From Geotalea uraniireducens Rf4 (lineage in GTDB: Bacteria > Desulfobacterota > Desulfuromonadia > Geobacterales > Geobacteraceae), in contig NC_009483.1 in assembly GCF_000016745.1 (NCBI RefSeq), positions 1,800,001-1,832,000 on the forward strand: a DNA stretch of 32,000 nt, read 5' to 3'. This document shows positions 1 to 7,402 of the stretch, one piece after another. A program made the position numbers and the translations under genes. Below the pieces are notes generated by a model. The model was given only the letters and a program-made list of their open reading frames with translations, ran no database searches and had not been told where the DNA came from. The stretch's first letter is position 1. Each line of letters begins with the position of its first letter.

Positions 1-75
1 AAGCTTAATGCTGTAAGTCGAACCCATGCCGTTTCAATTGCGATTTCTTTAGGGATTATTGATCTCCTTGAATGA
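1..75 (+). CDS. C-terminal end of a LuxR/FixJ-type helix-turn-helix regulator (5'-partial, enters from outside the window)
   Basis: Absent from the ORF track because it has no start in the window. Frame +1 reads [24 protein letters not shown] followed by TGA (73-75). The pattern KL-x-x-x-SRT-x-AV-x-x-A-x-x-x-G-I-I is the typical recognition helix/C-terminus of LuxR-family HTH domains. Confidence 0.5.
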   Translation, partial: KLNAVSRTHAVSIAISLGIIDLLE

Positions 76-438
76 CTGGCCGTCGATAATCGCCATGAGC
101 ATATTGTTGAAGTCGTGGGCGATCCTTCCTGCCAGGAGGCCGATGGCCTCCATTTTCTGTGCCTGGAGCAGGTGTTCTTCGAGCTTCTTGCGCGCCGTGA
201 TATCTTCCGAGATACCCAACAGATACTGAGGGGTTCCTGTGTCGTCAAGAATGGGAATCTTCTTGGTATGGAGTATTTGCGTACCTTTGTTTCCGGTTTG
301 GACGGTTTCTTCAGGGATGTCGAGAAGGGCGCCGTTATTGATGACCTCCCCGGTCTTTTGCAGTGAAAAAATCGGCTTCGTTGGGGGGAAGTCATAGGAG
401 TTTTTCCCCGTGAGATCTTCTCGGCTATTCCCCAACAA
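49..438 (-). pseudogene. Sensor histidine kinase remnant (distal part of a PAS domain plus the H-box only)
   Basis: The translation has a PAS C-terminal half (...[22 protein letters not shown]), a linker and an H-box ([16 protein letters not shown]). It then diverges ([11 protein letters not shown]) where GYSELL and the rest of HisKA/HATPase should follow. The frame is open only from 453, has no ATG (first start-like codon is TTG at 438) and no SD. Its last 9 codons overlap the convergent LuxR-type gene end. Confidence 0.6.
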
Positions 439-471
439 TTCTCGATAAAAGCTTTACTTCAGGCCGGCTCT

Positions 472-2034
472 TTAGGTGTGGACCGGAAGGGATACGTAAA
501 AGGCGCTCCCCTTGCCGATGCTGCTTTCTGCCCAGACCCTGCCGCCGTGGCCAATGGCGATTTCCTTTACAAGCGCAAGCCCGAGTCCGATTCCGCCGAA
601 CATCCGCCGGTCGGTGTTGTCTACGCGGTAAAACAGCTCGAAAATATGTTCCAGCTCTTCAGCGGGAATCCCGACCCCCTGGTCCCTCACCAGGATCGTT
701 ATGTTGCCCGCTTCCATAGACGCTCCCAGGCATACCTCACCACCGTTCGGCGAAAACTTGACGGCATTCGAAACGAGCATTTCGAGCATGCGGCGTAACA
801 GCTTTTCGTCACCCAGGACGGGGGCGAGGTCGACTGGGCAGTCGACGATAATCCGGTGATTCCGCGAAGCGGCACCGAAGAGATCGGCGGTTTCTTCCAT
901 GAGGGGACGGATATTGACCGGACGGAAGCCGGCGGTACTCCGGCTGGCTTTCTGCCTCTGGATGTCGAGATAATTGCCGATCAGCTCGTTTAACTTGTCC
1001 GCTTCCCGTTGAATGACCTTGAGATACTCCTTCAACTGCGGCATGGACAGTTCATTGGTCAGCATGAGTTCCGTATAGCCCATCAGGGCCGTCAGGGGGG
1101 TCCGCATTTCATGGCTAACCGCCGAGAGCATCCCTTCCTTGATCTGCTCAATCTCCTTCCGCTCGGTGATGTCGAAGGCGATCTGCAATCTGACCAGGCG
1201 GCTGTCGGTCCACGGAATGGCCCGGTCGATCCCCTGGTACCACCTGCCGTTTACTGCACTGCGGAATTCCCAGACGTAAGGCTGCTGCGGTATGCCGTCC
1301 CGCACGAGCATGTCGTTGGGGCACTTGCCGCAGTGTTCACCCGGATGCGACTGGAAGACCTCGTAGCACTTTTTCCTCTGCCAGTCGTCGCCAAACAGCA
1401 TGCCGCCGTACCGGTTCATGAAGAGGATTTCGCCGTTCTCCATGTCGGCCACGTAGACCAGGGCATTGAGAGCGTCGAAGATCGTGCTGAACTGGGTGAA
1501 CTGGCTCCGCAGCACCTCCTCCGCCTTCTTGCGCCTGGCCAGGGACTCTTCGAGTTCCCTCACCTTCTCTTCGAGCTTTGCCGCCACAACGCCGCTGTAT
1601 TTCCTGAGATATTCCTTCTCTTCTTCCAGAAGAGCCGGCGGCAGGGGCCTTTTCTTCCCTGTTTCAAGACCTCTCAGAATGGCGTTCAGTTCCTGCCAGA
1701 ACTCTTCGGGCTCCTTCGGTTTGACGATGAAGGCCTCCGCGCCGAGCGAAAAGGCGAGTTCTTTTTCCTTCGAGCCGGTATAGACGGCGGAATAGAACAC
1801 GAAGGGGATGGCCCTGAGTTCCTCGTCCGTCTTGATCATCCACAGGAACTGGAAACCGTCCAGCCGCGGCATCAGGGCATCGGAGATGATCAGGTCGGGC
1901 CTGTGCGCCCTGGCCAGGTCGAACCCTTCCCGGCCGTCGCTGGCCTCGATCACCGTATCGCAGCCGTGTTGCGCCAAGCTGTAGCGCAGAAGCCTCCGGT
2001 CATCGGCGTTGTCGTCGACAATGAGCACTTTCAT
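472..2034 (-). CDS. Hybrid sensor histidine kinase with N-terminal receiver (REC-coiled coil-PAS-HisKA-HATPase)
   Basis: 520-aa ORF. REC motifs: VDDNADD, IISDALMP, FIVKPK. The PAS domain ends in DITERK. H-box SHEMRTPLT, N-box VSNAVKFSP, G-boxes DQGVGI and GGIGLGLALV. It starts 12 nt downstream of the preceding gene in the operon. Confidence 0.9.
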   Translation of the reverse strand: MKVLIVDDNADDRRLLRYSLAQHGCDTVIEASDGREGFDLARAHRPDLIISDALMPRLDGFQFLWMIKTDEELRAIPFVFYSAVYTGSKEKELAFSLGAEAFIVKPKEPEEFWQELNAILRGLETGKKRPLPPALLEEEKEYLRKYSGVVAAKLEEKVRELEESLARRKKAEEVLRSQFTQFSTIFDALNALVYVADMENGEILFMNRYGGMLFGDDWQRKKCYEVFQSHPGEHCGKCPNDMLVRDGIPQQPYVWEFRSAVNGRWYQGIDRAIPWTDSRLVRLQIAFDITERKEIEQIKEGMLSAVSHEMRTPLTALMGYTELMLTNELSMPQLKEYLKVIQREADKLNELIGNYLDIQRQKASRSTAGFRPVNIRPLMEETADLFGAASRNHRIIVDCPVDLAPVLGDEKLLRRMLEMLVSNAVKFSPNGGEVCLGASMEAGNITILVRDQGVGIPAEELEHIFELFYRVDNTDRRMFGGIGLGLALVKEIAIGHGGRVWAESSIGKGSAFYVSLPVHT

Positions 2035-2046
2035 CGCTGCCTCACA

Positions 2047-2421
2047 TTATTCGCATTTTACGCCGATTGCTTTATGGATCCTCTCCACGATAGTGAGCGG
2101 GTCGATCGGCTTTTCGAAATAGGCGGTGCACCCTGCCTGCAAAACCCTGTCCCGGTCCCCGAACATGGCGTACGAGGTGATGGCAATGATCGGAACGCTT
2201 CCGTCGGCCTCCGAGGCCCTGATGCGCCGGGTCGCTTCCAGCCCGTCGATGCCGGGGAGATTGATGTCCATGATGATAAAGAACGGCCGCTCCCTGATCG
2301 CCAGCTCGACCCCCTCCTCGCCGGTCTCGGCGGGAATCACCTCGTAGCCGACCTTCTGGAGCGCATAGGTGATGAGCCGCATGTTGTCCTTGTTGTCCTC
2401 TACGACGAGCACCTTTTTCAT
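2047..2421 (-). CDS. Single-domain CheY-like response regulator
   Basis: 124-aa ORF with VVEDNKDN, IIMDINLPGIDG, ITSYAM and YFEKP receiver motifs. There is no output domain. A 4-nt overlap (ATGA) with the upstream kinase gene suggests translational coupling. Confidence 0.9.
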   Translation of the reverse strand: MKKVLVVEDNKDNMRLITYALQKVGYEVIPAETGEEGVELAIRERPFFIIMDINLPGIDGLEATRRIRASEADGSVPIIAITSYAMFGDRDRVLQAGCTAYFEKPIDPLTIVERIHKAIGVKCE

Positions 2422-4916
2422 GGTAACCTCACCGGTATTCTGAGAGTAAATCGGCTCCCTTTGCCGTACTCGCTTGTCAACAGTATATCACCTTTTAATA
2501 CCTCGGCAGCGAGCTTCCGGGTAAGGTAGAGCCCGAGCCCTGTTCCGGGGACGGTTGCCTGTAAAGGCGAGGCAAGACGGACAAAGGGCTGGAACATTTT
2601 CGGCAGGTCTTCTTCCCTGATGCCGATGCCGGTATCGGTCACGGAGATCTCCGCGACACCCGCTTCCGGAGCTTCGCCGGGGCACGGCATGATCCGTGTC
2701 TCCACGGTCAAGCCCCCATGTTCCGTGAACTTTAGCGCGTTGGAGAGAAGGTTCAGCACGCACTGCAAAAGCCGCCGCCGGTCCATGTGCATCTGCTGAT
2801 GGGTCGCTGCGACCTGCAGATCGAGCCCCTTTTCTTCCATGTCCTTTCTAACCAGGCCGACAGCTTCGGAGATCAGGTCATAGAAGTCGAACTCCTCGGC
2901 GACGGATTCGATTTTCCCCGCCTCGATCTTGGAGACGTCGATCACGTCGTTGATGAGGTTGAGAAGGTGCTTGCCGCAACGCAGGATGATGGCGAGGTTC
3001 TCCTTCTGCTCGGCATTGACCGGGCCGATCCATTCGTTAAGAATGACGCTTGAAAAGCCGATGATGGAGTTGAGCGGGGTCCGCAGCTCATGGCTCATGG
3101 AGGCGATGAACATCGATTTGAGACGGTCGAATTCCTTCAGCTTTGTGTTGGCCCCTTCCAGCTCGTCGGTTTTCTCATTCAGGTCTTCCACGATGTTCAT
3201 CAGTGCCTGCTGGCTTTCCGAGAGTTCCGTGCTCCTCCTGTTCAGGTCGGCGGTACGTTCGATGACCCGCTGTTCCAATTCTTCATTGAGTTTGCGAAGT
3301 TCAATCTCGGCTTTTTTAAGCTCGGTAATGTCGCGGGCTATTGTCGAAGCGCCGATAATCTTGCCGCCGGAATTGCAAATCGGGGAAATGGTTACCGAGA
3401 CTTCAACGCGGCTGCCGTCTTTGCGCAACCGCACGGTTTCATGGCGTTCAATCGGTTTCCCCTGCCTGACATGATCGAGAATGTACGCCATCTCTTCGGG
3501 ATGATCATCGGGAATCAGGATCGAAACCGGACACACCTTGACTTCTTCCGCCGGGTAGCCGTATAAGCGTTCAGCCCCTCTGTTCCAGCTCACGATGGTT
3601 CCTTCCGGCGATATGCCGATGATGGCGTCATCGGAGAACTCTACGATGGCTGCCAGGAGGGATAGCGCCTCCTCGATCCGCTTGCGCTCGACGACCTCCC
3701 AGGCTAGATCGGCCAGAAGAGATACCGTCTCCACGTCATGGGTGGTATAGTCCCGCGGTTTGTTTCCCACGCCGAGAATCGCCACGATGCTTTCTCCGCG
3801 AAAGACCGGTACGACCAGTTCCCGGACAACCGGAGAGTGCCCAGCGGGCAACCCCTTACGGTGGGGAAGCGAGGAGTAATCATTGTGGATGACCGGCCGG
3901 CGTTCGTGGATGCAGTCGACCCAGACTCCTGCTTCCGAAACATTGTAGTGACGTCCTTTCCCTTCCGCCAGGCAATACTCCTTCTTTGTCCTGGTCGACC
4001 AGTTTTGGAGCGATAGGGTTTTCTGGTCGGCTTCGAGGAAATGGTAGAAACCGATGAGGCTGCCGGTCAGCACCTCCACCTCGTTCAGGGTGGTCTCGAG
4101 CAGTTCGTCCAAAGTGTGCGTTGCTGCGAACTGGAGCAGGCGCAGGCGTGCCATGTTGATGCTTTCGGTTCGCTTCTGTACGGTAATGTCGCGACCTATT
4201 GTTGATGCGCCGGTGATTTTGCCTTCCCTCTCCCTGATGGGCGAAATGGCAAGGGACATTTCAATGAGTTGTCCATCTTTTCTCCGGCGCACCGTTTCAT
4301 AATGCTCGATGTGTTCACTCCGCCGTATCTTGTCAAGAATTTGCGGCACCTCATCCGCATGGTCGGCCGGGACCAGCGTTGAAATCGGCTTGCCGACGAT
4401 TTCGTCCGCGGTGTAGCCATAGATTCTTTCCGCGCCCTTGTTCCAGCTTGTGATGATTCCATCCGGGGTCTTGCCGATGATGGCGTCATCGGAAAATTCC
4501 ACGATGGCCGCGAGCTGGACAATCTCCCGCTCTGCCCGCTTGCGCTCGGTGATATCATAGACAGTCGAGCGGCTCATAACATAATTGCCATCGGGGTCTG
4601 TTACGGCGCTGGCGCTCAGCAGCACCGGCAGAATCGAGCCATCCTTGCGGACCATCTCGAACTCGAGGTCGTGTACCCATCCCCGCACCTTGAACTGAGG
4701 AAAATTGTCCTGAAAGGTCTTCAAACTCCTGTCGGTGATGAGGTCGTGAAACTTTATTTTCCCGATCACTTCTTCCCTGGAGTATCCCAGCCACCGGAGT
4801 TCGGTATCGTTGATGCGGGTGAAAACGCCGTCTTTATCCAGGGAGTGATAGCCGCACGGTGCGTTATTGTAAAGATCGGCGAGTTCCTCGATGGTCGTGC
4901 GCAGCGCCCTCTTCAC
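2418..4916 (-). CDS. Multi-sensor histidine kinase (PAS-PAS-GAF-PAS-coiled coil-HisKA-HATPase)
   Basis: 832-aa ORF with a GTG start at 4916 preceded by GGGAGGAGGAAA. Two paralogous PAS units begin LAAIVEFSDDAIIG...; a GAF-like segment lies between them. H-box SHELRTPLNSI, N-box LSNALKFT, G-boxes DTGIGI and GTGLGLYL. Confidence 0.9.
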   Translation of the reverse strand: MKRALRTTIEELADLYNNAPCGYHSLDKDGVFTRINDTELRWLGYSREEVIGKIKFHDLITDRSLKTFQDNFPQFKVRGWVHDLEFEMVRKDGSILPVLLSASAVTDPDGNYVMSRSTVYDITERKRAEREIVQLAAIVEFSDDAIIGKTPDGIITSWNKGAERIYGYTADEIVGKPISTLVPADHADEVPQILDKIRRSEHIEHYETVRRRKDGQLIEMSLAISPIREREGKITGASTIGRDITVQKRTESINMARLRLLQFAATHTLDELLETTLNEVEVLTGSLIGFYHFLEADQKTLSLQNWSTRTKKEYCLAEGKGRHYNVSEAGVWVDCIHERRPVIHNDYSSLPHRKGLPAGHSPVVRELVVPVFRGESIVAILGVGNKPRDYTTHDVETVSLLADLAWEVVERKRIEEALSLLAAIVEFSDDAIIGISPEGTIVSWNRGAERLYGYPAEEVKVCPVSILIPDDHPEEMAYILDHVRQGKPIERHETVRLRKDGSRVEVSVTISPICNSGGKIIGASTIARDITELKKAEIELRKLNEELEQRVIERTADLNRRSTELSESQQALMNIVEDLNEKTDELEGANTKLKEFDRLKSMFIASMSHELRTPLNSIIGFSSVILNEWIGPVNAEQKENLAIILRCGKHLLNLINDVIDVSKIEAGKIESVAEEFDFYDLISEAVGLVRKDMEEKGLDLQVAATHQQMHMDRRRLLQCVLNLLSNALKFTEHGGLTVETRIMPCPGEAPEAGVAEISVTDTGIGIREEDLPKMFQPFVRLASPLQATVPGTGLGLYLTRKLAAEVLKGDILLTSEYGKGSRFTLRIPVRLP

Positions 4917-5044
4917 TTTCCTCCTCCCTTCAGGACCGGCGGCTCGTTCAGAAGGAGCATGTTGTTCTTCCTGAACGCGCGCCTCGTGAGTTCCTCGTCA
5001 TCGGGATTGTCTTCGATCAGCAGTATCCATTTCTTTTCGGTCAT
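4913..5044 (-). pseudogene. 43-codon ORF that is the N-terminal (beta1-alpha1) remnant of a receiver domain
   Basis: Absent from the ORF track (too short). ATG at 5044 is preceded by AAAGGAGAAGAAAG. It translates to MTEKKWILLIEDNPDDEELTRRAFRKNNMLLLNEPPVLKGGGK*. The first about 28 aa match the start of CheY-like receivers, and similarity is then lost. Its TGA overlaps the GTG start of the downstream kinase (GTGA). Confidence 0.45.
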
Positions 5045-5072
5045 CTTTCTTCTCCTTTCGCTGCGTCGGCCA

Positions 5073-6743
5073 CTATGGCGTTCTCTCTCCGAGCTTTTTC
5101 TCCAGCTCCCCGATCCTTTCCTTCAGCTCCACCATCCGCAGCTCCCGGCCGACGAAGATCCGGTTCATCCGCTCCAGTTCAGCGTTCTTGGCCGCAAGCT
5201 CGGCGGTCCGCTCCTGCACCCGCTGTTCGAGTTCGTCCTTGAGCCTGCGAAGCTCTTCCTCTGCCAGCTTCTTTTCGGAGATGTCGGTGAACATCGCAAA
5301 GGAGCCCTGGAAATGATGCTCATCATCAAAGATAGGGGTAGCAGAAGTAAGAGTCCATACCGTCTCTCCGTTTTTACGGCGGAATCGGCGTTCGTAATTC
5401 TCCGAGAGGCCCTGGCGATGATTCTCCATTTTTCTCAGATGATCGGGCGCATCCTCCTCGAACATGAAGTCGGTCAACGGCCGGCCGATCATCTCCTCGC
5501 CGGAATAGCCGAGCATTTCGGCCATCCTGGCATTGGCGAAGGTGGTCATGGTGTCCGGCCCGAGCACCCAGATCCCCTCGATGGCCGTGTCTACGATGCG
5601 GCGGTACTTTGCCTCGCTTTCCCGTCGTTCCTCCTCCGCCCGTTTGCGCTCGGTGAGATCATAGGTCAGCCCGACGAATCCCCTGATCCGGTCGCTCTCA
5701 CCTCGCAGCGCGGTCACGGACAGATGCACCGGCACGCACGCCCCGTCCTTGCGAATGAAGGTCCACTCGTTTTCCTCGGGCAGGTTACGCCGGGGGCGGG
5801 CCGCAAACACATCGAATCCCGGCGAGATCGTTTCGCCCAGTTCTTCGGACAACTGAAGGGCGCGCCGCGCCATCTCTTCCGGATCGTGCCAGCACGCCGG
5901 TGTCTGTTTGTCGACCACTTCGTCGGCCGTGTAACCCAGCAACCGCTCTGCGGCAGGATTGAAGCTGCTGACAACCCCATCGGGAGCCGTAGAGATTATG
6001 CCGTGGGCTGCGCTGTCCAAAAGCGTCCGCTGGAAGAGGGTGAGTCGGCGCAAATCATTGTCCTGCTCCTGGATCGCCCCCATCATGGCGTTGAAGCTCT
6101 GGCCAAGCCGGGCCACCTCGTCGGCGCCGGAGGCCGGTACGCGCTGGTGGTAGTCGCCTCGGATGCGAACCTGCTCGACGGTCTCGGCCAGCGTGGAGAT
6201 GGGGCGGACGATGGTTCGTTGCAGAGCTGCCAGCAGGCCCAGGGTGATGGACACCAGCAAGACGACTACCCCTGCGGCAAACACCAGCAAGACGTTTCGA
6301 GTTTGCCGGTTGAGCTCGTCCAGGCTCATGGCGAGGTACAAATGCGCGCCGTCTTGCAGGCTCTGCACCAACTCCGCGGTGTTATGATTCAGGTAAACGC
6401 CATCGGGTTTGAGCGGATGGTGCCTGAATGTTGCGTTGGACCTGCTGCTGTAGCGGGCCAGCAACCGTCCGTCCCCCAAAACTATTTCCGCCTCCGAAAT
6501 TTGCGGATTGGCCCGTAACGTATTGAGAATTTCCCGTGCCCGTCCGGGGTCCTCGAAAGCCACCGCCGCTTCCGCCCCGACGGAAACCAGTTGCGCATAG
6601 GGCTCCATGATCTGCCGGGCTCGACGTTCCAGCGTTAGGCTCGCAAAGAACGCCAACGCCGCGCTCGCCACGGCGAAGGCCAGCAGCGCCGCGCCCCACA
6701 GCGCGAAAGCCAGTTTGTTGCGAATGCTAAGTCGCCGAAACAT
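5073..6743 (-). CDS. Membrane sensor protein: CHASE8-like periplasmic domain-TM-HAMP-PAS-PAS-coiled coil, with no kinase or other output domain
   Basis: 556-aa ORF with SD GGAGGTGA upstream of the ATG. N-terminal TM, then a periplasmic segment of about 130 aa (REILNTLRANPQISEAEIVLGDGRLLARY is CHASE8-like), a second TM, HAMP (IVRPISTL...ADEVARLGQSFNAMM) and two PAS domains each ending in (D)(I/L)(T/S)E(R/K)K. It ends in a coiled coil (FVGRELRMVELKERIGELEKKL). Confidence 0.85.
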   Translation of the reverse strand: MFRRLSIRNKLAFALWGAALLAFAVASAALAFFASLTLERRARQIMEPYAQLVSVGAEAAVAFEDPGRAREILNTLRANPQISEAEIVLGDGRLLARYSSRSNATFRHHPLKPDGVYLNHNTAELVQSLQDGAHLYLAMSLDELNRQTRNVLLVFAAGVVVLLVSITLGLLAALQRTIVRPISTLAETVEQVRIRGDYHQRVPASGADEVARLGQSFNAMMGAIQEQDNDLRRLTLFQRTLLDSAAHGIISTAPDGVVSSFNPAAERLLGYTADEVVDKQTPACWHDPEEMARRALQLSEELGETISPGFDVFAARPRRNLPEENEWTFIRKDGACVPVHLSVTALRGESDRIRGFVGLTYDLTERKRAEEERRESEAKYRRIVDTAIEGIWVLGPDTMTTFANARMAEMLGYSGEEMIGRPLTDFMFEEDAPDHLRKMENHRQGLSENYERRFRRKNGETVWTLTSATPIFDDEHHFQGSFAMFTDISEKKLAEEELRRLKDELEQRVQERTAELAAKNAELERMNRIFVGRELRMVELKERIGELEKKLGERTP

Positions 6744-6746
6744 GGA

Positions 6747-7400
6747 TCACCTCCGCTTGTGCACCGCCCCGTTCTCCAATACCTCATGGGAGACTTCCAG
6801 CATCTTGGTCTGAATCTTCAACGAAACGGAGCGGGCCTGATCGAGGTTAATGCTCATTTCCACCCGGTCTCCGACCTGGAACCGGATGATTCCGCCCTCC
6901 TGCAAAAACTCGGGGGCATCGCCCACCGTCAGGACCGGCCGGTTCTTTAACTGGGTAAGGGCGGTGCGGCGTTTGGCACTGTCTTTGTACGCAACAAAAA
7001 CGATCTGGCATGATGGCAATTTATCCAGCGTGTCTGCGCGGAAGATTTCAAACGGGCGCCCCTGTTCCGTGCGGCTCTTGAATGTCTTCTCCAGAACCTC
7101 GCCAAAGGGGTCGCTGCCCAGGATGCCGATGCTCCAGGGAGAACGGTCGTCGGCGAAAGCATTTGTCGGCCACGTCACGTAGTGGGCAAAATTGCGCAGG
7201 AAGGCGGCTTTCACCTTGATCGGATCGCGCGTCACCAACTCCTGGCCCGCAGCAGATCCTGGCAGGTGCAAAAAGAACAAGAGACCAATCAAACCGGCCC
7301 ATCGGCCGGCCCATGGCAGGAGTCGCGCGCGCGTCCGGACTCTTCCGCACGGCGGGACGCTGTTGACTGCTCCACGAACTATTTGAGCAAGATCTATCAT
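6747..7400 (-). CDS. YfiR/DUF4154-family periplasmic protein
   Basis: 217-aa ORF with a signal-like N-terminus. Motifs typical of DUF4154/YfiR: VKAAFLRNFAHYVTWP, IGILGSDPFGEVLE, QIVFV, PVLTVGD, GGIIRF, and VEMSINLDQARSVSLKIQTKMLEV. It lies 2 nt after the receptor gene stop and 3 nt before the CHASE8 gene start. Confidence 0.8.
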   Translation of the reverse strand: MIDLAQIVRGAVNSVPPCGRVRTRARLLPWAGRWAGLIGLLFFLHLPGSAAGQELVTRDPIKVKAAFLRNFAHYVTWPTNAFADDRSPWSIGILGSDPFGEVLEKTFKSRTEQGRPFEIFRADTLDKLPSCQIVFVAYKDSAKRRTALTQLKNRPVLTVGDAPEFLQEGGIIRFQVGDRVEMSINLDQARSVSLKIQTKMLEVSHEVLENGAVHKRR

Positions 7401-7402
7401 AG

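Noticed and set aside
1-6. The window begins with AAGCTT (a HindIII site), which might indicate a clone boundary.
   Set aside because: A single 6-mer at an arbitrary window edge carries no information. Another AAGCTT occurs at 448-453.
1009-2529. Long ORFs antisense to confident genes: 1009..2529 (+), 4671..6518 (+), 15885..16649 (-), 17763..18506 (-), 19714..20451 (-), 22008..23138 (-), 25277..26467 (-) and 27382..28101 (+).
   Set aside because: Each lies entirely opposite a gene with clear domain motifs. Their translations are low-complexity and rich in R, G, P and A, with no recognisable motifs. These are typical shadow ORFs of GC-rich DNA.
3400-4560. Internal duplication in the PAS/GAF kinase: two PAS units both starting LAAIVEFSDDAIIG and ending (G/A)RDIT.
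   Set aside because: The duplication is real but ordinary. Tandem paralogous PAS domains are commonplace in multi-sensor kinases of this kind, so it was not promoted to a finding.
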